Below, piece by piece: positions 49,036 through 58,897 of a DNA stretch of 64,000 nucleotides. This DNA comes from Candidatus Kaiserbacteria bacterium. Lineage in GTDB: Bacteria; Patescibacteriota; Minisyncoccia; Phycocordibacterales; UBA2100. The position numbers were made by a program, and so were the translations under genes. The first letter of the stretch is position 1. Every line of letters begins with the position of its first letter. Below the pieces are notes generated by a model. The model saw only the letters and a program-made list of their open reading frames with translations, made no database searches and was not told the DNA's origin. The stretch is taken from assembly GCA_016186695.1 (NCBI GenBank), contig JACPLC010000005.1:852-64851 (forward strand), read 5' to 3'.

Positions 49036-49710
49036 ATGAACGGAGAAAACGGAATCAACCGAGACATGATCTCCTACTACAAGGATCGTGCCCAAGAATA
49101 CGACAGAAAGGCGTACGACCCCCATGAACAACCCGAAAGACAAGCTGATATCAAGGAGGCCTCTCGGATACTTCAGGATGTTTTCACAGGCAAGAGTGTC
49201 CTCGAAATCGCAGCGGGACCGGGATTCTGGACCACGATAATCGCACAAGCAGCGAAGTCAATTACTGCAACCGACGTGAACGAAGCGGTCATCGATCTAG
49301 CCCGAAAAAAACAGTACCCTGAAGGCAAAGTGACGTTCCGTGTTGCCGACATGTACGCACTCGGAGACATGCCTCTACACGACGCATTGTTCGGAGGATT
49401 TATTTTCAGTCACATTCTCAAGCAGGACTACGACAAGTTTCTAGACGCCATCAATGGCTACGTCCGCCCCGGGGGGAGTGTGGTACTGATGGACAACAAC
49501 AGAACTCTTACTCCGAGACCGGCGGACAGGACTGATGAGCAAGGAAACAACTATCGGCTGCGAACACTCGAAGATGGAAGTAAACACGAAATCGTCAAGA
49601 ACTATCCAACCCAGGAGGAACTCAGGTCTGTGCTACGCAATCGCTCAACCGGTATGGATTTTAAGAACATGGAGCATTACTGGATTTTGACGTATCGAAC
49701 CAGTACCTGA
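49036..49710 (+). CDS. class I SAM-dependent methyltransferase
   Basis: VLEIAAGPG; close homolog of 9361-10020. Confidence 0.9.
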   Translation: MNGENGINRDMISYYKDRAQEYDRKAYDPHEQPERQADIKEASRILQDVFTGKSVLEIAAGPGFWTTIIAQAAKSITATDVNEAVIDLARKKQYPEGKVTFRVADMYALGDMPLHDALFGGFIFSHILKQDYDKFLDAINGYVRPGGSVVLMDNNRTLTPRPADRTDEQGNNYRLRTLEDGSKHEIVKNYPTQEELRSVLRNRSTGMDFKNMEHYWILTYRTST

Positions 49711-49788
49711 ACGACAACGCGAAGTATCGGTACGACCCCAGCAATCTTTCCGACTGGAAGAAGCTGAAGTTCTAGAGAACACTGCAGA

Positions 49789-49815
49789 AAAGCCCCGGTT
49801 GTACACCCGGGGCTT
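49789..49815. terminator. terminator-like hairpin
   Basis: AAGCCCCGG...CCGGGGCTT between convergent genes. Confidence 0.6.
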
Positions 49816-49841
49816 CTTGACACCTATGCGCGGTGCTATAC

Positions 49842-50021
49842 TCAGTTGATCTCGACGATGGTTGCTCCGCTGGCCCAGTCTTTCACCTTCTGAGCCGACT
49901 GTTTTGCGGCGTAGCGTGTAGTATACGCTTCGCTCACGGCAACAATTTCGCCGTTGCCCGCCTTGAGCCTCCAACGTTCTCCTTTTGCCCGATCTGTGTA
50001 GATCTCAAACTTAGAAGCCAT
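49842..50021 (-). CDS. YegP/DUF1508 family protein (59 aa, not in the ORF track)
   Basis: MASKFEIYTDRAKGERWRLKAGNGEIVAVSEAY. Confidence 0.88.
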   Translation of the reverse strand: MASKFEIYTDRAKGERWRLKAGNGEIVAVSEAYTTRYAAKQSAQKVKDWASGATIVEIN

Positions 50022-50159
50022 TGTTGTTTGGTTTTATCATTTAACCCAGAGCGTCTGTACAGAGAACGGTTCGACTACGCCATTACCACTCTGGTGATGT
50101 CATTTTACCGAGTCGGTAATAGCATTGTCAACACAATTTGGTATGTATATAATGTGGAT

Positions 50160-50510
50160 ATGGTAAACCCGGAGAATAAGTACACTTTTATTGGGCAGCG
50201 AATTCGTGAAGCGCGAGAGACGGCGCACCTGTCTCAGCGCGAACTTGCCGAGAAACTCGGTTATGAGTCCGCAACGGCAATTTCATACATCGAGTCCGGC
50301 GAACGAAAGGTTTCGGTGGTCGACCTCGAGCAAATCGCCACCATCCTCGATAAGGACATCCGCTACTTCGTCGGGCGAGAGGACCAGCAGCCCAACGTCC
50401 GTGTCGCGCTTCGCGCTGAGACGGGACTCGATAAGAAGGACCAGGATGCCATCCTCCACATCATCGAGATGGCGAAGAAAAGAGCGAAGAAAGATGGAAC
50501 CGACAAATGA
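50160..50510 (+). CDS. XRE family repressor (ImmR-like)
   Basis: IGQRIREARE...SQRELAEKLG...ISYIESGERK. Confidence 0.92.
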   Translation: MVNPENKYTFIGQRIREARETAHLSQRELAEKLGYESATAISYIESGERKVSVVDLEQIATILDKDIRYFVGREDQQPNVRVALRAETGLDKKDQDAILHIIEMAKKRAKKDGTDK

Positions 50511-51021
50511 CAGAGCACGGATAGGATCGGCCAGAATCCTCGCGAGGGATCTTATTAAACGATGCAAAATCAAAGAACCACCTGTTTCTCTTGGCAGCAT
50601 CATCATCCTTCTGCAGAGAACACACGACCTGAACCTCTATCCAGCGGTGGATTTTTCAGACAGGCTCTCGGCTATTCTCGTAACGGTTGAGGATGAGTCT
50701 GTGTCCACTCGAAGGGATGAGATTCATTTCAACGAGAACCATAGCTGGCACCGGAGGCGTTTCTCTATCGCCCATGAAATCGGGCATCTCCTTTTCAACA
50801 CGACATGCAACCAGACCGGCGTGTTCTCATACGACGCGTCTTCGCCAAACGAAACTGAAGCAAATGCGTTCGCTTCGGAGCTTCTCATGCCCCTCTCTTT
50901 TCTTAAGGCCGATTTCAAACGAGGTGCGGCACAAGTACCTGAACTTGCGTGGCGGTACATCGTAAGCAAGGAGGCCATGGGCTGGAAAATAGCGAGCACC
51001 AACCTACTGACGCGAGTATAA
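50494..51021 (+). CDS. ImmA/IrrE family metallopeptidase
   Basis: RRRFSIAHEIGH, ETEANAFASELLMP. Confidence 0.92.
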   Translation: MEPTNDRARIGSARILARDLIKRCKIKEPPVSLGSIIILLQRTHDLNLYPAVDFSDRLSAILVTVEDESVSTRRDEIHFNENHSWHRRRFSIAHEIGHLLFNTTCNQTGVFSYDASSPNETEANAFASELLMPLSFLKADFKRGAAQVPELAWRYIVSKEAMGWKIASTNLLTRV

Positions 51022-51086
51022 CGACCGATGGACCGTCCGCCGACCGGGGGCCCGTAAAGGGCCCCTCCGGGTCTGGCGGACGGTTT

Positions 51087-52889
51087 TCATGCACACATGC
51101 CCCCTCCTATGCCAAAGACATGTACCTGGACAGTGTAGGCACGTATTGCAGGTCGCGAACTGCTATAATCCAATCGACCGTCTTGAAGGCGCTTAGTTCT
51201 GAATGCGTCCAACGACCGGAGCAGAGCACCTGAAGTAGTCGGTAAATGACTGGGTCGGGTGTTAACAGAGGGCTTTTTTGAGGTTCGAGAATGTAATCGG
51301 ACTTCCGGAAGCTCTAACGGAGAAATTGGTGCAGGAATAGGCAAACCACCGCTTGGGACAACAGTTTCGGCGGTGTTTTGCATTGGTTCGAGAATTGCGT
51401 TGACCTTTGGCATCCAGTCAGCAAGGAAGCCGAAGGGTTTTGTGTACGATGGCACGACCTGTCCCTTGAGCACCGACACGCTGGAGAACGCATACGACAA
51501 GAGCAGTCGGCGTTCCTCCACGGTGGCTTTCTCACTATGGTAGATGTCCTGCGCACGCAAGGCAAGCTCGTGGATGGCGATACCGACCTTGTAATACTCC
51601 GTGTTGTCCGATTTGAGATTGTCGAGCGCCCCCACCAGACCTTCTTCTTCCTCGGTGAACTCTTTGAGCCGCTGGTCGTAAAACGGGACGGTAATCCTGC
51701 CGTCGAGCTTATCGTCGTACATCACACGCTTACGCTGCTGTATGCGCTCAAGGGAGTTGTTTATGGACTGCACCTGCGCGTCGTGGTATTCGATTTCCTC
51801 GCTGTGGCTCTCTTTGAGTGCCTTTGTGAGCACTGCAAGCACCTTCGCGCCACGAGGGGCTACAGCGACAGCGTGAGGCAACAGACGGGCTTCCAAGTCC
51901 TCCTGACGTATGTATTGCTTTTTCTCGCCCAGTTGGGCTTTACACTGCTTACAGCCGCCATACCACTGTCCCTTCTGCCGCTCCCACGTAACGGTTTTCT
52001 TGCACGCACCGCATAGCACCTTGCCCTGTAGCTCTTTGAGGTGCTTACCGTAGTACGGGCGCGGACGACCGCCATTCAGCTTCTCTCGAACCCCATCGAA
52101 CAGGTCTTTTGATATGAGCGGCTCGTGCTTCCCCTGATACAACACGTCCTTCCACAAAAACTTCCCGTAGTAAAACGGGTCTGAAAGTAGCCGGTGTACC
52201 GCGCTCTTTACCACCTTACTCCCGCCCCGACTGCGTAAGCCGAGAACGTACATTTTTTCAGTGAGCGCCTTGATGGAGTAACTTCCTGTTGCGTAGAGCG
52301 TGAACATCTGTTTGATGAGTGGAGCGACTTTCTCATCAACCACGTGGATTTTATGTCCCTTCTCACCGACGGACTTGTATCCCAGCGGCGGCTTCGTTGG
52401 CAGCCACCCCTGCGATATTTTTTCCTTCTGACCCTTCTGCACATTCTCTGACAACAATCTGACGTAATACTCGGCTGTAGCCACTTTTACACGCCACATA
52501 AACCATTCGTGCGATTTCGAGTTTTTGTGAAGCACGCACCCCTCTTTCGCGAGGTGTATCTGGTGATTTTCGTTCTCCATCAGCCACTGGTCAATGGCGG
52601 GTACATCGGCAAAGTTTCTAGTCAGGCGGTCTGTGGTCTCAACAATGATGACGGGGACTTTGCACTTACGCACATAGTTAAGCATTTCCTTGAAGGTCTT
52701 TCTGTCAATTTTACCGCTCGCACTTTCCGAAATCTGAAATACTTTCGAGATTTCGAAATTGTTTTCATTTCGCGATGCATATTCCTTCAAAAACTTCTCC
52801 TGTGCCGGAAGTGAATATCCCGTTTCTTCCTGCTCTTTTGAAGACACACGAGCGAATATAACAGCCAATGTTTTCTTTTTGGTTTCCAT
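51087..52889 (-). CDS. large serine recombinase of element 2
   Basis: ARVSSKEQ, DRLTRN, PPLGY, CGAC zinc ribbon, coiled coil. Confidence 0.95.
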   Translation of the reverse strand: METKKKTLAVIFARVSSKEQEETGYSLPAQEKFLKEYASRNENNFEISKVFQISESASGKIDRKTFKEMLNYVRKCKVPVIIVETTDRLTRNFADVPAIDQWLMENENHQIHLAKEGCVLHKNSKSHEWFMWRVKVATAEYYVRLLSENVQKGQKEKISQGWLPTKPPLGYKSVGEKGHKIHVVDEKVAPLIKQMFTLYATGSYSIKALTEKMYVLGLRSRGGSKVVKSAVHRLLSDPFYYGKFLWKDVLYQGKHEPLISKDLFDGVREKLNGGRPRPYYGKHLKELQGKVLCGACKKTVTWERQKGQWYGGCKQCKAQLGEKKQYIRQEDLEARLLPHAVAVAPRGAKVLAVLTKALKESHSEEIEYHDAQVQSINNSLERIQQRKRVMYDDKLDGRITVPFYDQRLKEFTEEEEGLVGALDNLKSDNTEYYKVGIAIHELALRAQDIYHSEKATVEERRLLLSYAFSSVSVLKGQVVPSYTKPFGFLADWMPKVNAILEPMQNTAETVVPSGGLPIPAPISPLELPEVRLHSRTSKKPSVNTRPSHLPTTSGALLRSLDAFRTKRLQDGRLDYSSSRPAIRAYTVQVHVFGIGGGMCA

Positions 52890-53325
52890 ACAGTTTGTTA
52901 CCTAATTTTATCAGTTAGCCAATAAGCTCATAGTGAGCGAAATGCACAATTTTCAAGTCATAGATTTTTGTATTTAGTGAACTTTGGGTAAAGCGAGCTC
53001 CAAATCCCTCGTGTAGAAGGGATTTGATTAGAGAGCGTTTGCCCGTTTTCTCTCGGCACTCTCTTGCGGGAAACTTGAAAGCTCGTGAGAGCCCAACTCC
53101 GCATCTTGCGGCGACCAGTGATGCTTACGCATCGCACGCTTGCACGTGGGTTTGCCTGAAGGACATTGAAGTTTTTTTGTGTCGCAATCCCGCTACATCT
53201 CAACGACATTTCGTACGATGCGAACTTTGGTATAAAGCGTCGCCCCGTATCGCCGGTCTTTTTTAGCGTCGCTTACCGGCTCTACCCCTCCCGACGTTGG
53301 CATCAGCGCCAAAACCTGCCTCGAT

Positions 53326-53499
53326 TTACATCGGAGCAGGTTCTGATGTTGGGCGTCCGCGATGGTCAATTTTTGCGAGCAGGTTGAAATACGAAACCCA
53401 CCCGAGAAGTACCTCTCTGGCTTCGTCGAAGCTCAAATCAACGCCGTAATCGTCCTTCGCGGCGTTCCTGAACTCCTCTACGGTCTGTTCGCTGACCAT
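53326..53499 (-). CDS. small hypothetical element protein (57 aa, not in the ORF track)
   Basis: MVSEQTVEEFRNAAKDDYGVDLSFDEAREVLLGWVSYFNLLAKIDHR... Confidence 0.6.
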   Translation of the reverse strand: MVSEQTVEEFRNAAKDDYGVDLSFDEAREVLLGWVSYFNLLAKIDHRGRPTSEPAPM

Positions 53500-53620
53500 A
53501 GAGCCAGCTTATTCATTGACCCTATCTGCCTTACATACGGCACTGCTATCTCCATCAAGAAGAAAATGGCTCTACGCCGTCGCTAAATATCGGATATGAA
53601 CAGTACGAAAGGCAGAGACC

Positions 53621-54301
53621 CTACACTTTGATGACTTTGTATGCGGGATTTATGCGATACCCGCTATCTTTTTTTCCTTGAATGACCTCACCTCCATCAA
53701 TCTTGAGAAACTTTTTGATATTCTTTCTGATTTTAGCAATTTCGGTTCGTACCTGTTGCTTGTTCTTGCGTTCCAAACGCTCTGCAATCTCGCCAGTCAT
53801 ACGATACCCGTCGTTCTCGACAAGGTGGCTCAATATCCTGAACCTGTCGCTAGTAGCTTCCATCGCATAGCAGAGCTTGCCCTTCGGCTCGCACCAAAAG
53901 TTGCCGTCCTTATCAATATAAAGATGCGTTCCCGGCGGAGAAATTAACTTCTTTTCCCCGAACACCTTCTCCTCATATTCTTTGGCACGGGATAGAAAGT
54001 CCGTCGGGAATTGAATTGCCCAAGTGTCCTCCTGATACATATCTTCTTCGGCGGCGTCTTCTCTGCTATGGAATATTCTTCGCGTTATCAATCCCTGTTG
54101 CATAAATTGCTCTAGCACACGACGAATTTGCAGGTGATTGAGTTGGGCGACTTTTTCCAAGGCAGCGGCATCAAAATAGACGTAGTCGAATGGGATATAT
54201 CCAAGCTCGAACTCGTTCTGTAACACAGCGAGTATCGCAAGCAGTTTTTTACTCGCATCAGTCATAGTGGCTACAATACCTAACCTGCCAGTTTTTGCCA
54301 A
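53621..54301 (-). CDS. hypothetical protein with C-terminal winged-HTH-like region
   Basis: TGEIAERL...VRTEIAKIRK...GYRIN (OmpR-like wHTH pattern). Confidence 0.65.
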   Translation of the reverse strand: MAKTGRLGIVATMTDASKKLLAILAVLQNEFELGYIPFDYVYFDAAALEKVAQLNHLQIRRVLEQFMQQGLITRRIFHSREDAAEEDMYQEDTWAIQFPTDFLSRAKEYEEKVFGEKKLISPPGTHLYIDKDGNFWCEPKGKLCYAMEATSDRFRILSHLVENDGYRMTGEIAERLERKNKQQVRTEIAKIRKNIKKFLKIDGGEVIQGKKDSGYRINPAYKVIKV

Positions 54302-54331
54302 TCTGTATTACGAGTGATACACTTGCCGTCA

Positions 54332-54514
54332 ATGGCAGAAAAAAACTACCGCATTGAGGATGCAAGGAAACTGCTTGGTGTGAGTGTGAGGTCTATGTAT
54401 CGGTACATCTCCGAAAAGAAGCTTCGGGCGACAAAAATCGGACACTGGCGTATCAGCGAGGCGGACATAAAAAGGTTCATTGCGGAGAGAACAAATATCA
54501 GGAAGCACAAATAA
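54332..54514 (+). CDS. excisionase-like HTH protein
   Basis: EDARKLLGVSVRSMYRYISEKKLRATKIGHWRI. Confidence 0.88.
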   Translation: MAEKNYRIEDARKLLGVSVRSMYRYISEKKLRATKIGHWRISEADIKRFIAERTNIRKHK

Positions 54515-54518
54515 GTGT

Positions 54519-54719
54519 ATGAAACACGACCACTGGGTAAACATTGAAGAAATCAAGCCGCCGATGGGCGAATTGAAATTTGCTGCCAAAGCTACGATAC
54601 ACGAAATCGGCAAGGGTGAAGTAGACCACGGTCTTGGAGAAGTGTGGGGCAAGACGCGGGAGGAAGCTACCCAAAAAATGAATGAGAAAATCAAGCAGTG
54701 GCTTGAGACACAACAATAA
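54519..54719 (+). CDS. small hypothetical protein
   Basis: 66 aa (MKHDHW...GEVWGKTREEA), tightly spaced in the operon. Confidence 0.65.
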   Translation: MKHDHWVNIEEIKPPMGELKFAAKATIHEIGKGEVDHGLGEVWGKTREEATQKMNEKIKQWLETQQ

Positions 54720-54721
54720 CT

Positions 54722-56510
54722 ATGGACGATAAGGAAATCGCACAGGAAAAAGAGAGGCAAATATTTCGACTTCAAAAGGAAAACGAAAAGCTAAAGAAAT
54801 CAATCAAGACCCAAAGATACGGGCTTGTTTGGGCGGACGTACCGGAAGCTTTCGATGATGATGTAGAAAACAAACTTCCTATATTTGAGGAAGTATCCAA
54901 GCTCGCAATAAAGAGCAAGGACGAAAAACCAACGCACATTTTGATTGAGGGTGATAACTATCACGCACTTACTTGTTTGAGCTACACACACAAGGGCAAG
55001 ATTGATGTCATTTACATAGACCCCCCCCTATAACACCGGCTCTGATGGTTTCCGCTACAAGGACAAACGTATTCTGGACAGGTATCCCGACGGCACAGAA
55101 GTACCAAAAGACCATCCATTCCGACACAGTTACTGGCTTTCTTTTATGAGCAAGAGGTTGGAACTTGCAAAAAGCTTGCTCAAAAAGAACGGGGCAATTT
55201 TTATTTCAATAAACGAAGATGAGTTCGCTCAACTCAAGCTACTGTGCGACCAAATATTCAATCCGGAAAACTATCTAGCGATGTTTACAATCAAGGTTCG
55301 ACACGAGGAGCGTATCCTCAAAGGCGATAAAGATTTTCACGAAGTTGTGGAGTACTTACTGATGTATCGGGCTAGTTCAGAATATAAAACGGTGAAAAAG
55401 ATTTACGATAACACTTCTCTCGACGAATATGTGTACCAAATAGTCGAAAAGACCAAGAGACCAAAAACAATCAAGCTCGGTAACAAAACCGTGGAGGTAT
55501 TCTCCCCTCAAGAATATGAGGTGGTAAAGGTGTCTTCGAACGCCAACAACCTAAAAAAGATAAACATTCGGGGTTCTATAAAGGAAGGCAACAGTAGTGG
55601 TCGTTTTTATATGGCTTACCTTGAACCGCTCAAAACAAAGGGCGTTTTATACAAAGTGTCCGATATGGGAAATGATAAATTCGGATACCGATATTTCCTC
55701 ACACCGATGAAGTTATCTCGCGTGAATGGTGATTACTTTCAGGGAGTGCCGTTGGGTATAAAGGATACGAAAGAAGTACCGTACCCGAACTATTTTGATT
55801 TTGAAAAGGACTTCAATTCAGTCGGCTATGAGGGTGGCGTTAATTTCGGTGGCGGCAAGAAACCCGTCAATTTTCTCAAGCGCATCATAGGTATCGGCTC
55901 TATGAACAAGTCGGCAGTGGTGCTGGACTTCTTCGCAGGTTCGGGAAGTACAGGAGAAGCGGTGATGAAAATGAACGAAGACGATAAGGGTACTCGCCAG
56001 TTCATTCTCATTACCAATAACTACGAACTCGTAAAAGATAAGGTCTATAAACCAATGGAGGAGGCGTGCTATCCTCGCATAAAAAATGTCATCAAGGGCT
56101 TCAATGGTAACAAAGGGGTTGGAAATTCTGCAAAGTACTACCGCACGGGGTTCGTCGGCAAACACAGTATCGCTGATGCAGATGATAGAGATAAGTTGCA
56201 ACTCGCGCATCACGCAGGAGAGATGCTTTCAGTTGCAGAAAATACACTTGAACTCGTGGAGGAAAATGAATACTGGCAAATCTTTGAGAGTAAAGACCTT
56301 TACACCGCCGTCTACTTTCGGGAGGAATACAACGAGTTTGATGATTTCATTGGTCGAGTTCGGAAGCTAAAAAAACCGGTATCCGTATATGTTTTTAGCT
56401 GGGAGGACGACCCATTCGTCGCGGATTTTGAGGACAATCCAAACATTACAGTAAAGACAATCCCGCAACCAATACTCGAAATCTATAAGCAAATCTATAA
56501 CCTCCTATGA
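54722..56510 (+). pseudogene. mod: Type III R-M Mod (m6A methyltransferase), split by a +1 frameshift in a C8 tract at 55021-55028
   Basis: LIEGDNYHAL, IYID-PP|YNTG across the frameshift, KKPV, LDFFAGSGSTG. Confidence 0.9.
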
Positions 56511-58897
56511 CCCTTGCGCCTCTCAAATTCCAAAGAGATGCCGTTGAAAATCTTACAGAGGTTTTTGTAAAGCTATGGAAGAAGACCGAAAGAAAACTAC
56601 CGATAGTGCTCAAATCTCCAACTGGTAGCGGCAAAACATTTATAACCGCCCTTTTAATTCGAGGTCTCAACCATCTACCGCAGTGGTCGGAAGATAAGGC
56701 GTTCATCTGGATTACCTTCAGCGATGAGATTGCAATGCAGAGCAAGGAAAAGTTCGGCAGATATTTTGAGAACAATCTCGAAAATAACACGCTTACCGTA
56801 CAGGACATCAATCGAGGCAAACTGTACGCAAACGATATTCTTTTCCTCAACTGGCAAAAAGTAGTCCAAGACAATGCGACTACCCGTCGTCTCAAATTAC
56901 GACGACCAGACAAGGAGGATGAAAGAAAAGAAAGTGGCAAATACTTTGAGGACTTTATCGAGGGTACTAAAGAAGAAGGACGAGAAATTGTCCTTGTTAT
57001 TGATGAGGCGCACAAGAACGTGGATACCGAGCTAGCACAACATATCGTATCAATGATAGACCCTAAAATTGTGCTTCACGTCTCTGCAACACCAGCTGAC
57101 GGCATAGTTGCAGAAGCCGCAGAACATAATAGCTTCGTTAAAGTAGACCGCGAAGAAGTCGTTGCAGAAGGACTTATCAAAGAGAGTATTGTTTTGCAGT
57201 CCGAAGAAGATTTGAAGAAAATGGGTGGTAAAGACCTTGATGAAGTTCTTCTGCAACTCGGAATAGACAAGCGAGAAACACTCGTAAAGGAGTACAAAAA
57301 ACTCGACAAAAATGTAAATCCTCTAGTTCTTATTCAGCTCCCGAACGACGACACTCGCCTTGTTGAAGCTGGCGAACGAACAAAAGAAGAAGTGGTGATG
57401 TCTTTTCTAGTCAAACAAGGCGTCAAGGAGCACAAAATTGCACGCTGGTTTGACGGGAAAAAGGAAAATATGGAGGGCATTACAGACAATGAAAGTGATG
57501 TCGATTTTATGCTTTTCAAGCAAGCCGCGGGTACGGGCTGGGATTGCCCGCGCGCATCCATTCTCGTGATGTTCAGAGAAATAACCTCAAACACTTTCTA
57601 CAAACAAACGGTCGGTCGCATCTTGCGAATGCCAGAACCACAGTTGAGAGACGATTACAAAAGCAGTCCTCTCCTTCGACGCGGCTACCTCTTCACCAAC
57701 TATCGGCGCAATCAGGTACAGATACCCGACCAAAATGACAACAATAAAGCCCAAACGCAGTCAGCGCACATCCGTTCCGGAGTACAAAACATTTCACTGC
57801 AATCCGACTACATTCCCCGTGTTGATTATGGCGACATTCCGCGCTCCTATAAATTCCAAGAAAGCTTCAGGAAATCGTTTGATGAGCATTTTGGTCTCGC
57901 GAAGGGCGACATACTCGGAAAGGCGCAGGAAAAATTAAAGAGTAAAAAACTTGACCTCGATGGCACTCTTCTGAACGCGATAGTAGCTGACGCCGAGTTT
58001 TCTGACTTCGACCAACTCGCATTCGAATTCGTGAAGAAAGGTAACGATGTTTCTCTTGAAATGTCAGTAAGCGATATTGAAAAGACCTTCAATTACCTCT
58101 GCTATCAGTTGCTCCAAGAACAGGAAGATGAACAGGCAAAATACGCTAACATTGCTCGTTCGTGGAGCGTCTTAAAATCAGCAATCCGTATCTGGTTCAA
58201 GGGCGTGCTGGGAGAAGATAGCTCATATTATTATCGCGTGTTCATCAAGGACATCCAAAAAGGTGCTGAAAGCGTGTTTCGACCTGCAATCACCAAAGCT
58301 CTCCGCGATTTCAAACCCATTGCACAGAAACTTATTGCTGACCGAAAGAAAGAGGTTGAGGAGAGAGAAAGTCCTGTCTTTACTGTTCAGTCAGAATATC
58401 AATACACAGACGACTATCGGGAAGTGCCGCAAAAACTTTGCGTCCTCGATACTTTCTATCTATTGTCTTCATATACTGGGCGCGATAACGAAATGAACTT
58501 CATCAAATACTTGGAGCAAAAGAAAGGAAAAATTGAATGGTGGTTCAAAAATGGCAATCAAGGCAAGGATTACTTCGCTGTTCGGTATATAAATTCGGAG
58601 ACGGGCAAAGAAGAACTATTTTATCCCGACTGGATTGTCCTTTTCAAGGACGGACGTATCGGCATATTTGACACAAAGAAAGGACGTACGGCTACTGATG
58701 CTGACACTGCCGATAAGGCAAGAGCTTTGCAAGCCAAAATAAAAGAATTCGGCAAAAAATATCTCGGCGGTATTGCGATTGAAGAAGCTGGTGTCTGGTA
58801 TTGCAACGATAGCTCCGAATACACATTCAAGGGGGGTCAGTCCGTCAATGACAGCAAGGGCTGGAAACCATTCGAGACGCTTTTTAATTATGTATGA
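56507..58897 (+). CDS. res: Type III R-M Res subunit (SF2 helicase + endonuclease)
   Basis: SPTGSGKT, DEAH, GWDCPRA, QTVGRILR, FYPDW...FDTK. Confidence 0.92.
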   Translation: MTLAPLKFQRDAVENLTEVFVKLWKKTERKLPIVLKSPTGSGKTFITALLIRGLNHLPQWSEDKAFIWITFSDEIAMQSKEKFGRYFENNLENNTLTVQDINRGKLYANDILFLNWQKVVQDNATTRRLKLRRPDKEDERKESGKYFEDFIEGTKEEGREIVLVIDEAHKNVDTELAQHIVSMIDPKIVLHVSATPADGIVAEAAEHNSFVKVDREEVVAEGLIKESIVLQSEEDLKKMGGKDLDEVLLQLGIDKRETLVKEYKKLDKNVNPLVLIQLPNDDTRLVEAGERTKEEVVMSFLVKQGVKEHKIARWFDGKKENMEGITDNESDVDFMLFKQAAGTGWDCPRASILVMFREITSNTFYKQTVGRILRMPEPQLRDDYKSSPLLRRGYLFTNYRRNQVQIPDQNDNNKAQTQSAHIRSGVQNISLQSDYIPRVDYGDIPRSYKFQESFRKSFDEHFGLAKGDILGKAQEKLKSKKLDLDGTLLNAIVADAEFSDFDQLAFEFVKKGNDVSLEMSVSDIEKTFNYLCYQLLQEQEDEQAKYANIARSWSVLKSAIRIWFKGVLGEDSSYYYRVFIKDIQKGAESVFRPAITKALRDFKPIAQKLIADRKKEVEERESPVFTVQSEYQYTDDYREVPQKLCVLDTFYLLSSYTGRDNEMNFIKYLEQKKGKIEWWFKNGNQGKDYFAVRYINSETGKEELFYPDWIVLFKDGRIGIFDTKKGRTATDADTADKARALQAKIKEFGKKYLGGIAIEEAGVWYCNDSSEYTFKGGQSVNDSKGWKPFETLFNYV

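Larger units (their letters stand above)
40665..51222. mobile_element. integrative element 1 (serine recombinase + Rep + cargo)
   Basis: Starts at the tRNA-Asn 3' end; CCGGAGC repeated at 40658-40664 and 51216-51222; right boundary inferred from this short core. Confidence 0.65.

Noticed and set aside
49818-49843. TTGACA...TATACT promoter
   Set aside because: Spacer is 14 nt and it points into the 3' end of an opposite-strand gene
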